Source: a virus
Lineage: Duplodnaviria; Caudoviricetes
Virus record (IMG/VR): IMGVR_UViG_3300009082_000959
Strand: one strand, 5' to 3'
Length of the DNA: 64,000 nucleotides
Of this stretch, positions 19,733 through 29,795 are shown piece by piece. A model generated the notes under the pieces. The model was not told the origin of the DNA. It saw only the letters and a program-made list of their open reading frames with translations, and did not search any database. Every line of letters starts with the position of its first letter. Positions within the stretch are counted from its first letter, which is position 1. A program made the position numbers and the translations under genes.

Positions 19733-20494
19733 ATGCCAAAACAAAATAAACAATATAGTTACGACGAAATTGTAAAATGGTCGGAGGAATATAAAAAAAC
19801 TTATTCGTTTTACAATACTGGAAAAATATTTGGAGTGGATTACAAAATTGTAAGACAGTTATTGATTGAGAACAAGTCATCCTTAAACCTTCAAACAAAG
19901 CAAGACTTAATTGATGCCGGGTTAAGGAAATGTAGTTTGTGCAGTAAAATAAAACCAAATTGTGATTTTGGTTCTTATAAACAAAAGAGCAGGTGCAAAG
20001 AATGCTCAAAAGAAATGAGTAAGAAATATCGAGAGGACAATTTAGAAAAATGTCTTACGGCAGAAAGAAAATGGTATAACACTAATAAGAAATATAAATC
20101 ACAGTATAGAAAAAAATATGTAGAGTTAAAGAAAGATGATCCGGTTTTCAAATTAAAGAAACGATTAAGAAACAGAATTAGAGATGCTATAAAAAACAAC
20201 AAGAAACCCGGGTCATCTATTAAGTGTCTTGGATGCACTTTGCAAGAATTAAAAGAGTATATGGAAAAATTATTTTATGATAATCCAGGGAACGGAGAAA
20301 AAATGACTTGGGAAAATTATTCTCATTCTGGTTGGCACATAGATCATAAAATACCGTTAGTGTCGTTTGATTTGACCGACTTAAAACAATTTGAGAAAGC
20401 CTGTCATTACACTAATTTGCAGCCTTTGTGGTCCAGCGATCACAAGAAAAAGACAGTGTTAGATTTAAAGAAGTTCAGAAACAAAAAACCTTAA
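19733..20494 (+). CDS. free-standing HNH homing endonuclease
   Basis: C..C...K zinc knuckle; WHIDHKIPL...ACHYTNLQPLW. Confidence 0.8.
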   Translation: MPKQNKQYSYDEIVKWSEEYKKTYSFYNTGKIFGVDYKIVRQLLIENKSSLNLQTKQDLIDAGLRKCSLCSKIKPNCDFGSYKQKSRCKECSKEMSKKYREDNLEKCLTAERKWYNTNKKYKSQYRKKYVELKKDDPVFKLKKRLRNRIRDAIKNNKKPGSSIKCLGCTLQELKEYMEKLFYDNPGNGEKMTWENYSHSGWHIDHKIPLVSFDLTDLKQFEKACHYTNLQPLWSSDHKKKTVLDLKKFRNKKP

Positions 20495-20508
20495 AGTAGG
20501 AGTTCAGT

Positions 20509-21588
20509 ATGAAGATATCAGATGCGTATGGAATCGTTAAGAATTGTGTTAAGAACCACACTTGTGCCATGTTATGGGGCGCTCCTGGCATTGGTAAGAG
20601 TTCGCTTATTCACCAGATTGCGGCAGAGCTAAATTGCAAGATGTTGGATTTGCGTTTGGCACAATTGGAACCAACCGATCTTCGTGGTGTTCCTATGCCC
20701 AACAAGACCACCGGAAGGGCTGACTGGTTCTTGCCTGGGTTCTGGCCAGATCGTGCTACCGAGGATTGTGAGCGCGAGGTAGTGGATTCGGAGGGCAAGA
20801 AGCAAATGGTGAAGGTTAAGGCGGGATGTTGCCCCACTGGTCCTGGTATTGTGTTCTTGGATGAGATTGAGAAGGCTCCCGTATCTGTCAAGAATGCGTC
20901 GTTGCAGTTGGTTCTCGATCGCATGATTGGTTCTTACAAGCTTCCTGATGACTGGGCTCTTGTTTGCGCTGGAAACCGTGAGGAAGATGGGTGTTTCTCG
21001 GCTCCGCTGGGAAGTGCTTTGTCTAACCGTATGATTCACTTGGAGGTTGAGCCTGATGTTGAGTCTTGGGGAGCATGGGCCAGGGATAACGGAATTGTGG
21101 ATGACATCATTGGGTTCTTGCACTTTAAGCCAGAGTTGCTATACAAGCAAACCGAAGATCACGCATTCCCCAGTCCGCGTTCTTGGGAAATGGGTTCTCG
21201 GCTTATCGAAACCGTGAGCACCCAAAAGGACCAAAAGGAGTTGCTGAGTGCGTCGGTTGGTCGTGGCAGTGCGAGTGAGTATGTTGTGTGGGCCAACGTG
21301 TATAAGAGCGTTGATCCCGAGGCCGTGTTGTCTGGGCAGTTCCCTGATTTCGGCGGAAAGGACCAAAGTTTTAAGTATGCCGTGACAATGGCTGTTGCTT
21401 TCCACTTGCGTAAGCGTAAGCTGGGAATCAAGAAGGTAGAGGATAACCTCGCGAAATTCTTGGGAAGTTTGTCCCCAGAATTAAGGGTCATATTTTTAAA
21501 GCAGCAGTCCTTGAATATTATGGAGTCTATGGCGAAGGCTCCCGCATTTAAGGGTATGATTAAAGATATCATGAAAATTGCCTGCTAA
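20509..21588 (+). CDS. MoxR-like AAA+ ATPase
   Basis: GAPGIGKS Walker A, VFLDE Walker B, AGNR, SALSNR, FPSPRSW. Confidence 0.9.
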   Translation: MKISDAYGIVKNCVKNHTCAMLWGAPGIGKSSLIHQIAAELNCKMLDLRLAQLEPTDLRGVPMPNKTTGRADWFLPGFWPDRATEDCEREVVDSEGKKQMVKVKAGCCPTGPGIVFLDEIEKAPVSVKNASLQLVLDRMIGSYKLPDDWALVCAGNREEDGCFSAPLGSALSNRMIHLEVEPDVESWGAWARDNGIVDDIIGFLHFKPELLYKQTEDHAFPSPRSWEMGSRLIETVSTQKDQKELLSASVGRGSASEYVVWANVYKSVDPEAVLSGQFPDFGGKDQSFKYAVTMAVAFHLRKRKLGIKKVEDNLAKFLGSLSPELRVIFLKQQSLNIMESMAKAPAFKGMIKDIMKIAC

Positions 21589-21618
21589 CTTATTGAAATC
21601 ATTGAACAATTTCGGTAA

Positions 21619-21682
21619 TTGACATTTTTGCGTAACCCCCTATAAGTAAGTAATGTGAAAATAAATTTACTTATAGGGGGTT
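21619..21682 (+). promoter_or_regulatory. sigma70-like promoter overlapped by a 16-bp perfect inverted repeat
   Basis: TTGACA (21619) -16 nt- TATAAG (21641); AACCCCCTATAAGTAA 21634-49 / TTACTTATAGGGGGTT 21667-82. Confidence 0.6.
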
Positions 21683-21693
21683 GATTAGGATTT

Positions 21694-22719
21694 ATGGAAC
21701 AAAATAACAATGTTTTATATTGCGACCTTCATAAGTTTGAATGGACTTTCAATAAACTAAATAAGAGTAAGTGTAGGTTTTGCAAGTGTAACGAACCAAC
21801 AATTGACCAAATTACAAAGTTTATCTCTGATAAAAATGGAACATTGATTTCTTTTTCTGATAAAAAAGATGGCCGATGGTATAAGATAAAGTGTAATGTT
21901 CATCAAACAATTTGGGATGTGCGGTGGAGGACTTTAACAAAACGCAAGAGTTGGTGTAGGAAATGTTTCTTTGATAGAATTAGAATTTCTTATGACGATA
22001 TTAATAATCTCGTAATATCAAGAAATGGAATACTACTTTCTGAAAATTGTTCAGGAAGTTTAGAAAAATTTCGGATACGATGTTCCGAGTGTTTATATGA
22101 ATGGGAAACAAATTGGACAATATTAAAAATGGGAAGTTGGTGTCCAAAGTGTTCAAAAGTTGCACCTCACACGATTGAAGAAATACAAAATTTAGTTTCA
22201 GAAAAAGGTGGAACATTATTAGATACGCATGTTAATGGTGTCCGTGATAAAATACAAATAAAATGTAGTTGTGAAAATATCTTTACATTGGATCTTGGTA
22301 ATTTTTTAAGAGGCAATTGGTGCAGTAAGTGTAGTGAGAAATATAAAACACAAAAAGAATTATCAAAAATTATAGAAGACTTATTTCCGGATAAAAAGAT
22401 TCACACATGCTATCGTGGTTTCGATTGGTTGCGTTATGTAGATAAGTTAGAAATTGATATATGGGTTCCAGAAATGAAATTGGCCATAGAATATGATGGC
22501 TTACAACATTTCCGTCCAGTAAAGTATTTTGGAGCAAAGACAGATGAAGATGCACAAAAAGCATTTGATATCATTTCTGCTCGCGACGCAAAGAAAAACG
22601 AGTTGATCGCGGCCCATTCAAACGAAATAAAGCATTTTGTCAGATTCAATTATTCAGAAACCATAACCAAAGAATTCGTAGAACAGAAACTTAAACAGGA
22701 ACTAAACAATGAAAGGTAG
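21694..22719 (+). CDS. putative homing endonuclease: zinc-ribbon repeats plus C-terminal Vsr/DUF559-like nuclease
   Basis: Repeated C..H.W...WC.KC units; LEIDIW..EMKLAIEYDGLQH. Confidence 0.75.
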   Translation: MEQNNNVLYCDLHKFEWTFNKLNKSKCRFCKCNEPTIDQITKFISDKNGTLISFSDKKDGRWYKIKCNVHQTIWDVRWRTLTKRKSWCRKCFFDRIRISYDDINNLVISRNGILLSENCSGSLEKFRIRCSECLYEWETNWTILKMGSWCPKCSKVAPHTIEEIQNLVSEKGGTLLDTHVNGVRDKIQIKCSCENIFTLDLGNFLRGNWCSKCSEKYKTQKELSKIIEDLFPDKKIHTCYRGFDWLRYVDKLEIDIWVPEMKLAIEYDGLQHFRPVKYFGAKTDEDAQKAFDIISARDAKKNELIAAHSNEIKHFVRFNYSETITKEFVEQKLKQELNNER

Positions 22720-22722
22720 AGC

Positions 22723-23646
22723 ATGGAAGCAAATGGATATATAAAAGGGTTGTCTGCCGGGGACTTGCAAACATGGCAGTTGGAAAAATTAAACCACGAA
22801 GCACTCATAGACTTAATAACCGAAGATATAAGAATAGAACCTATACTTTGCAAAATAGTTTCCGAATCTACCGACGCTAATTTTTTTAAAATGCTAAATA
22901 CGAGAATGATCAATAGCGCTTTTAATAATTATATTCTATTAAAAAATGCCTATAATGACAAAGTAAAATCTACTCCCGAGCCCTTTATATATGATGCTCG
23001 CTATGGCTATGTGGATTATCCGCAGGAAAGAAAAGAGTTTGTTGTGTGGAGTAGATTAAATGATGAAAACAGAAAAATAGAAATTTGTAGATGGTTAGAC
23101 AATCAATCATCAATTGTGTATGCGTTTTCATTAGACTGGCCTTGGCTTGAAAAAGACGAGTATTTGTCCAATAAAGTGGCAGAAAAAATTGTGCAAAGCA
23201 ACAATGGTTCGATAGGACCTTTCTGTCATAATGTTTCCAGTATTATGTTAGAAAAATATGAGAAACAAATATTAGAGTATTTGTTGTCAAATAAATCATT
23301 TGATGTGGCGAGTGCCTTACTGCAAAATAGTAATTCGATTGATAGTCTTATTATTGCGGCATTTAGAACTTTAAGTAAAACAAGTAATATTAGAGTATTT
23401 CCGCAAACTATACTTGCGCCAATAAAGAAATCGCATTTTTCTGCGCTTCCATCTGTTACTCGCCTCAAATTGTTAGAAAATTTGTGTGAATACAAAGTTA
23501 GGAAAATAAATTTAATAGACATAAAAACTGACGAAGACCTACAACCACTTTTATTTGGCGTATCTTTGAAATACAATTATAGGGCCGCAAGAGTGGTTAG
23601 GGATTTCAATTTAAAATTTTTAAACCAAGGAGTTAGAAATGAGTAA
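22723..23646 (+). CDS. ~300-aa helical protein, family member 1 of 5
   Basis: LPSVTRLKLLENL...EDLQPLLFGVSLKYN. Confidence 0.6.
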   Translation: MEANGYIKGLSAGDLQTWQLEKLNHEALIDLITEDIRIEPILCKIVSESTDANFFKMLNTRMINSAFNNYILLKNAYNDKVKSTPEPFIYDARYGYVDYPQERKEFVVWSRLNDENRKIEICRWLDNQSSIVYAFSLDWPWLEKDEYLSNKVAEKIVQSNNGSIGPFCHNVSSIMLEKYEKQILEYLLSNKSFDVASALLQNSNSIDSLIIAAFRTLSKTSNIRVFPQTILAPIKKSHFSALPSVTRLKLLENLCEYKVRKINLIDIKTDEDLQPLLFGVSLKYNYRAARVVRDFNLKFLNQGVRNE

Positions 23647-24820
23647 GTTTCGCGATCAATCATTGGGTGAAGAGGAAGACATTAGTCCGGAGATAGTTTC
23701 CAAGGCAGCCATGAAAATGGGAAACAGTAGAGCACGTTTGCTACTACAACAACCATTTTACGGTGTGTTGCTGTCTATGGTGGATTTTATTCCAGAGAAA
23801 GCAATTCCAACTATGGCTACTGATGGAGCAAAAATTTATTATAATCCAAGGTATGTGTGTGAAGATTTGACCGACGATGAGGTGTTCGGTGTTATTTTGC
23901 ACGAGATTAGCCACTGCATTTATTTACATTGCACCGCTAAACGAAGGCTTAATAGGGCCCACAAGCGTTGGAACTTTGCAACAGACTATGCCGTAAATCT
24001 TGAAATCAAAGATCTTGGGTATGCGTTGCCACAAAATATTTTGCTTGACCAAAAATACAGAGACATGAATGCCGAGCAAATTTATGATACGCTGCCCGAT
24101 GATGACAAAGTACTTGCAGCTTTGGGCGGAAATTTTGACATTCACATAGACAATAGCGACGAGGCTTCTTGGGATGACATGGAAGACAAAATCATTACTG
24201 CCTATGAGATGACCAAGAACGCGAAGGGAAAGGGCGATATCCCCGCTGGCATTAAGAGGTGGATTGACAAACTACGTAAGGCACGAGTCAAGTGGGAGAG
24301 AGTATTCCATCGCTATGTTGGTCAAGCTTTGGCAAAGGATGACTACTCATTTACCAGAGTGAATAAGAGATTTTTGGGCCAGGACATGTATTTGCCAGAC
24401 ATGAGAAGCCATATTATTGGCAGTGTGGTAGTGGCAATTGATACCAGCGGTTCGATAGGTAAGAATTGTATCGAACAATTTGCCGCCGAAATTGCAAAGA
24501 TAAGTTATTTGATTGAGGATATCACTTGTATTACTTGCGATGCTGAAATTCACGAAGTAGTTAAAGTAAAAAAGTTTGAGAACTTTACCAAGAAACTTCA
24601 CTTCAAGGGCGGCGGCGGAACAAGTCATAAGCCAGTGTTTGAGCATATAAAGAAAATGAAGCAAAATGTAGAGCTCCTTGTGGCGCTCACTGACATGTAT
24701 TCAGACATCCAAGACATAAAGAAACCGGCCTATCCTGTGCTTTGGGTATCAACGAGTGAAATAACAACTGCTCCCTTTGGACAAGTAGTTCAAATTCCAA
24801 ATGACAAGGGAGACTGGTAA
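23639..24820 (+). CDS. metallopeptidase-VWA protein (DUF2201-like), MoxR partner
   Basis: ATDG..IYYNP, LHEISH (HExxH), AIDTSGS MIDAS, GGGGTS. Confidence 0.88.
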   Translation: MSKFRDQSLGEEEDISPEIVSKAAMKMGNSRARLLLQQPFYGVLLSMVDFIPEKAIPTMATDGAKIYYNPRYVCEDLTDDEVFGVILHEISHCIYLHCTAKRRLNRAHKRWNFATDYAVNLEIKDLGYALPQNILLDQKYRDMNAEQIYDTLPDDDKVLAALGGNFDIHIDNSDEASWDDMEDKIITAYEMTKNAKGKGDIPAGIKRWIDKLRKARVKWERVFHRYVGQALAKDDYSFTRVNKRFLGQDMYLPDMRSHIIGSVVVAIDTSGSIGKNCIEQFAAEIAKISYLIEDITCITCDAEIHEVVKVKKFENFTKKLHFKGGGGTSHKPVFEHIKKMKQNVELLVALTDMYSDIQDIKKPAYPVLWVSTSEITTAPFGQVVQIPNDKGDW

Positions 24821-26118
24821 TAGCTAAACACTTAACAATTAAAGATTGTCAGGAAAGTGCCTATGAACACGGAGGAAAATGTTTAAGCACAGAGTATAAA
24901 AATAATAGAACAAAACTTTTATTTGAATGCTCGAAAGGCCATACATTTTCCTCCAATGTGTTTTCAGTTAAAACAATGGGTCATTGGTGCCCAGTGTGTG
25001 CTGGTAGTGGAAAGTTGTCACAAAGTTTTATTGAACAAGAAATAAGTAAAACTGGGAACCTGTTGCTGTCTGACTATGAAAAAAATTCAGCAAAATTAAT
25101 TGTTAAGTGTTTAAAACATAATATTGAATTTAAGACCTCGTGGAAACGATTTTATAGGGGTCATAGGTGCCCAAAATGTTCTACGCGGCCGAGAGTAAAT
25201 TTAAATGATGTGAGCGATTTCGTGTTACTTAAAAATGGGAAAATAATAGATAGCCCTAATTTTAAGGGCAGCAAAAGCAAAATTATTATTAAGTGTTTAG
25301 TTGATGGACATGAATGGAAAACAACTTGGAATAATTTAAAAAAGAATTACTGGTGTCCAATGTGTTCTGGTATAGTAAAAGACCGACAGAACATAGAAAC
25401 AATTATTGATAATAAAAATGGAAAATTATTAGAGTGTCCAGATAGAATAACCGGAAGGTCTATACTAAAAATACAATGTTTAATAGATAATTATATTTGG
25501 AATGTTAATTGTGGTAATCTTTTGAATGGAACTTGGTGTCCTAAATGTGCTAAAAGGGTTATGAAGTCACACAACGAAGTTAAAGAATTCGTAGATAATA
25601 AAAATGGTATTTTGTTGTCGCCGCCAGAAGACTTACAATCTAATTTATCTAAATTAAAAATTCAATGTAGTTGTGGAAATGAGTTTAGTATATCCTATTG
25701 TAATTTATTAAACAACCATCATTGGTGTAGTAATTGTAGCATTAACTCCACACAGTCTAAATTAACAGAGACTTTGGCAGAAATATTACTTAACGAACCT
25801 TATGTTTCTAATTTCCGTGGTTTCGATTGGCTTAAAGATAAAAGGAATTTGGAAATAGATATTTGGTTTCCAGAATTAAAGTTGGCAGTGGAATACGACG
25901 GCCCTCAACACTTCAAGCCGGTTTGTTATGATGGTGACGAGCAAAACGCGGTCGAGCGATTTGAAGACAGGAAAAAGAAAGACCAATTGAAAAACGATTT
26001 AATTGCACAACATACGACAGAAATTAAACACTTCATTAGGTTTAATTTTAAAGAACCTATAACCAAAGAATATATTACGAACAAATTAAAGAAATTTGGA
26101 CTAATTGGAAAGGAATAA
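24820..26118 (+). CDS. putative homing endonuclease (zinc-ribbon + Vsr-like); probable start ATA at 24820
   Basis: Frame is open upstream of track start 24958 and reads IAKHLTIKDC...EHGGKCLS, matching the N-terminus of 40920. Confidence 0.7.
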   Translation: MAKHLTIKDCQESAYEHGGKCLSTEYKNNRTKLLFECSKGHTFSSNVFSVKTMGHWCPVCAGSGKLSQSFIEQEISKTGNLLLSDYEKNSAKLIVKCLKHNIEFKTSWKRFYRGHRCPKCSTRPRVNLNDVSDFVLLKNGKIIDSPNFKGSKSKIIIKCLVDGHEWKTTWNNLKKNYWCPMCSGIVKDRQNIETIIDNKNGKLLECPDRITGRSILKIQCLIDNYIWNVNCGNLLNGTWCPKCAKRVMKSHNEVKEFVDNKNGILLSPPEDLQSNLSKLKIQCSCGNEFSISYCNLLNNHHWCSNCSINSTQSKLTETLAEILLNEPYVSNFRGFDWLKDKRNLEIDIWFPELKLAVEYDGPQHFKPVCYDGDEQNAVERFEDRKKKDQLKNDLIAQHTTEIKHFIRFNFKEPITKEYITNKLKKFGLIGKE

Positions 26119-26120
26119 GT

Positions 26121-27083
26121 ATGACAAATTATCAAGATGAATCCCTATGGCGTTTGTCTTATCACCTACAATCCAGCGCGCCAGAAAAAAACAAAGAGGT
26201 GGATCCATTTTTCGCAAACAAACTCGAATCAATAGATGATTTATATTCTATACAGTATTATATAAGCTATAAGAATGTAGCAGATGATATGCCAGAAACA
26301 AAAGAAAAAATAAATAAATTGTTTGCAGAAGAATTTGCTAAAAATAATTTGGCCAATATATCCAAAATACAATCATTTCGTGCTTGGATTTCAGATGACA
26401 CAAAGAAAAAATTTAGAGATTGGTGGATTACACAAGAAGAGACATCTCAATTATATAAGTCAATGTCAGATTTCAATTGCATGTTTTCTGAACCCAACAC
26501 GAAAATTCTGGAAAAACTATTACTGATATATAAATCTTTTAGGAAAAAAGAAGTTGTAGATTTAATAGAAAAAGCATTTATTAATTTACCAGATGAATCT
26601 GCGGCAGAAGGATGCGAGTTACTATACAGGGCAACCCCGGCCATTTCGGTATTGCTGTTAAAGAAAAATGTTGGTGAAAAATATTCCCTTAAAGGATTAA
26701 AGTCGTTGGCAAAATTATCCAAGCAGCGTGATATAAATGTCAAGATAAACTTTGCTCAACTGGAAAGTTTGGGACCTCGCGGCCGGCTTGATGCAATTAA
26801 ACAGTTGATGGGAATGTATGACGAATACTATAAATACAACAAAAGAATAGAAGAATACAATAGACAAAACCCAGGTTATGCTAATAGAACATGGGTGACT
26901 GGTTATGAGAGAAGACTAAAAGAGAAGGCGATCATTCCCAAGATGCCTTTTGAAACAGTGCCTACAAAAGAAGAAATAGATAGATTTTTGTTCCCGTGTT
27001 CATTGCTTTATAATAGTGAAGTGCTGGAAATATCTGAAAAGTTCAGTGAATTTCTTAAAGCACAGGAACAACCGAAAGTTTAA
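26121..27083 (+). CDS. ~300-aa helical protein, family member 2 of 5
   Basis: LGPRGRLDAIKQL...PTKEEIDRFLFPCSLLYN. Confidence 0.6.
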   Translation: MTNYQDESLWRLSYHLQSSAPEKNKEVDPFFANKLESIDDLYSIQYYISYKNVADDMPETKEKINKLFAEEFAKNNLANISKIQSFRAWISDDTKKKFRDWWITQEETSQLYKSMSDFNCMFSEPNTKILEKLLLIYKSFRKKEVVDLIEKAFINLPDESAAEGCELLYRATPAISVLLLKKNVGEKYSLKGLKSLAKLSKQRDINVKINFAQLESLGPRGRLDAIKQLMGMYDEYYKYNKRIEEYNRQNPGYANRTWVTGYERRLKEKAIIPKMPFETVPTKEEIDRFLFPCSLLYNSEVLEISEKFSEFLKAQEQPKV

Positions 27084-27134
27084 GTTTGTTGGTAGAGTGT
27101 GTGAATAAAAACAATTTAACAAGGAGAGAATAAT

Positions 27135-27422
27135 ATGGCAAGTTTGTTTAAGAAGGAAGTTGTTGCAGTTCAGAAGAAGTCAGAGGTTGATGTAGTTCGT
27201 GATTCATTGGATGTTGATGCCGCTGGTGTTGTTCGTTTTCGCAGCCGCACTGGACGTGGAAGCGGAAAGGCTATCGAGATTCCTGGCGATCAGTTTGACG
27301 AGTTTGTTACGCTGATGGTTAAGGTTCGCGATAATCGTGAGCAACTTGCCAATGAGGAGCGGAGTAAGGTTGCTCCCGTTGCGGAGACCGTTGTTGAAAC
27401 AGACAACACTCCCGTTGATTAA
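27135..27422 (+). CDS. hypothetical protein, codon usage suggests high expression
   Basis: SD AAGGAG; GTT/CGT-rich codons. Confidence 0.65.
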   Translation: MASLFKKEVVAVQKKSEVDVVRDSLDVDAAGVVRFRSRTGRGSGKAIEIPGDQFDEFVTLMVKVRDNREQLANEERSKVAPVAETVVETDNTPVD

Positions 27423-27436
27423 CCACTAACAAGTTT

Positions 27437-27460
27437 TGGGGGCCGGTTTTTCGGCCCCCA
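27437..27460 (+). terminator. strong GC hairpin (terminator or RNA stabiliser)
   Basis: TGGGGGCCG / CGGCCCCCA 9-bp stem; no clear downstream U-tract. Confidence 0.5.
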
Positions 27461-27504
27461 GGATTTCAACCACACACTTAACTATAACAAAAGGATTTTT
27501 AACT

Positions 27505-27831
27505 ATGACAACAGTATATGCAAAGCCGGGTGAAAATATTGATTCTTTGATACGTCGCTTTAAGAAGGCAGTTGATAAGTCTGGTGTTCTTGCGGACCTG
27601 AAACGACACGAGTTTTATGATAAGCCCAGCGTTCAGAAGAAAAAGAAGCAAGCGTTGGCAAAAAAGCGTAATGCAAAGTTGGCCAGAAAAAATGGCAACC
27701 AAGAGGAGCGCAAGGTATCAAATCAAAATTTCAAGTGGAATTACGATCATACTAAAAAGATACAGATGAAGCCACCGCAGAATAGGCAAAATTACAACAA
27801 GAAACCTTTTAATCGAGGGAGTAGCCGATGA
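27505..27831 (+). CDS. rpsU: ribosomal protein bS21 with C-terminal extension
   Basis: [41 protein letters not shown]; SD AAAGGA before ATG 27505. Confidence 0.92.
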   Translation: MTTVYAKPGENIDSLIRRFKKAVDKSGVLADLKRHEFYDKPSVQKKKKQALAKKRNAKLARKNGNQEERKVSNQNFKWNYDHTKKIQMKPPQNRQNYNKKPFNRGSSR

Positions 27832-28682
27832 GTATTTTTGATCAAGCATACGATGAAATGTCCTGGAACGAAGTTTGTTATAGGCTTCCAGGAGAGTTAG
27901 CTGTTAGTGCATTAAAGCGACGGGTAAATAATCTTGAAACCGTTAAGATACTATTAGAGAATGTTGGCAGTTCTCCGGCAGTGTTATCTGTTCTTAAAAA
28001 GACGGTAAATGAAATTCTTGATAATGAAAAGCCAGACGATATACTTGCTCTAAACTCCAACGAACAATTACTTTTTTCCTGGCTAAATGAAAGCAATCGC
28101 AAAAGAGTTAAGGAAAATGATCCTTCAAAGTTGAGTTTAAAGTTTTTGTTCAATACAACTGACTCAAAGGATTTGTCTGGCCTTGAATCAATAATGGATA
28201 AAGTTTTGGGTGACCCAGACTTCAAGCAATCTCATTTGCGTGCTGTTATGGGTAAGGCAGATAATGAATTGTTTGGAACATTGTTGGGAAAAATAATCAA
28301 AGACACACGTCCAGAAGTTAGGGCCTGTGTTTTGAGTGTCGCTGGCCATAATACTGTTAGTGATAATCAGTTGGTCATTGGTTTAAAAGCATTGGCAAAG
28401 TGTCCGAATGAAAGTATAACTTCTGTAAATGTTTTGCCCTTTACTATATTTTCGGAATTAAAGCCAATGGAAAGACTAAATGCTCTTTCTAAATATTTGG
28501 ACTTTTTTCCGCAGTATAGGAAGGTGGAAGCATTTAGCCCAGCGCCAACCAAGGAAGAGTTTGAGACCATTTTGTTTGCCGGTTGCATAGAGCAAAACGA
28601 ATTGGTAAATGAAATTTCTGAAAAGTATAAGTTGATAACGGAAGCAGACCCACCTAAACAAGAAGAGGAAGAAGAAGTATGA
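27828..28682 (+). CDS. ~300-aa helical protein, family member 3 of 5
   Basis: [13 protein letters not shown]...[18 protein letters not shown]. Confidence 0.6.
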   Translation: MSIFDQAYDEMSWNEVCYRLPGELAVSALKRRVNNLETVKILLENVGSSPAVLSVLKKTVNEILDNEKPDDILALNSNEQLLFSWLNESNRKRVKENDPSKLSLKFLFNTTDSKDLSGLESIMDKVLGDPDFKQSHLRAVMGKADNELFGTLLGKIIKDTRPEVRACVLSVAGHNTVSDNQLVIGLKALAKCPNESITSVNVLPFTIFSELKPMERLNALSKYLDFFPQYRKVEAFSPAPTKEEFETILFAGCIEQNELVNEISEKYKLITEADPPKQEEEEEV

Positions 28683-29104
28683 TTGAAGAACTATATGTTC
28701 CAAACAAATGTAAAATCCCAGATAAAGTTTGTATAGTGGGTAACACAGATTACTTAAAGGATAATACAATTTGGGTGAATTTTAGTTCAAAGATTGATAA
28801 TCCTCCGGCAGAAACATTATTAATAACAGATAATATTTTTGCCGGAGACTTTCACATATCTACGCTACACTGCGGTCGGAGTGGGTTTTTTGCAACCTTG
28901 TTTATGGATAATGTCAAGCAAATGGGAATACAATTAAGGACAAGTTTAAGTAGTTGGGTAATTAATGATTTAATATTTTCTGGATTGCTTCAAGAAAATG
29001 GAGTGGTAAAGTTGGGAACAGAATTTTGCGTAGCGTTTTATTCTGGCCACAACTCGATGGTTTTAAAGGACAAATATGCCTACAATCAAATAAGGGGAAT
29101 TTAA
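28679..29104 (+). CDS. hypothetical protein
   Basis: ATGA-coupled. Confidence 0.55.
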   Translation: MIEELYVPNKCKIPDKVCIVGNTDYLKDNTIWVNFSSKIDNPPAETLLITDNIFAGDFHISTLHCGRSGFFATLFMDNVKQMGIQLRTSLSSWVINDLIFSGLLQENGVVKLGTEFCVAFYSGHNSMVLKDKYAYNQIRGI

Positions 29105-29106
29105 TT

Positions 29107-29472
29107 ATGATAGAGCAAATATCTGGAATGGAACTGTGTGTATTTTTAAATCCATCAAATAGTATAGTTACTGTGCATTTCTTTGACCGCGGAAACAAAG
29201 CAGGTAAGCCAGACATAATGGCTTACCTACAAAGAGATATGTCTTGGGATGTCAGAAGAGTTGTTGGAGAAACATCTGTGCTGGAAGCAAACAGAGAAAT
29301 TGTGTCAATAAATCATGAATCATTGGGAATAGAATTGAGTGGCAATGACTTTGATAAATTTGTAAGAGCAGGAACAAAACAAATTATAGAGTCTCTTGGC
29401 AAAGAAAATGGCATCATAGAAATTAGCGAAGCCGCAGACATATTGGAAAACAATTCTTACGGAGATGATTGA
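29107..29472 (+). CDS. hypothetical protein
   Basis: ATG 29107 with GGGG SD. Confidence 0.55.
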   Translation: MIEQISGMELCVFLNPSNSIVTVHFFDRGNKAGKPDIMAYLQRDMSWDVRRVVGETSVLEANREIVSINHESLGIELSGNDFDKFVRAGTKQIIESLGKENGIIEISEAADILENNSYGDD

Positions 29473-29795
29473 TGTCACTTTTGCATGATGCGATGACAGC
29501 CTGGTTAGCAGGACTTACTACTAAAAAGAATGAAAAAGAAATCTGGTGGCAGGACGAGGATGGTTTTAAAATTACCGTAGAATTGGTAAATTTAAGGTGG
29601 GAAAAGTATATAGTAAGACACTACTTTAAAAATGGTAATCTGTATCGTGAAGATAGTTATATGAAAGACAATCCACACGGTTTGTGTAAAAGTTACTGGG
29701 AAAATGGTAATTTAATGTGTGAATACAATTATCTCAAAGGCAAATTTTGTGGTCCGTGCAAACATTATTTAGAGAATGGAAAATTAATTCCATGA
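29472..29795 (+). CDS. MORN_2 repeat protein with conserved leader
   Basis: MSLLHDAMTAWLAGLTTKKNEKEIWW. Confidence 0.85.
   Translation: MSLLHDAMTAWLAGLTTKKNEKEIWWQDEDGFKITVELVNLRWEKYIVRHYFKNGNLYREDSYMKDNPHGLCKSYWENGNLMCEYNYLKGKFCGPCKHYLENGKLIP

Noticed and set aside
21589-23638. Self-splicing intron splitting a MoxR-VWA fusion
   Set aside because: MoxR ends with a complete C-terminus and stop, VWA has its own start and SD, and no group I/II core motifs were recognised.
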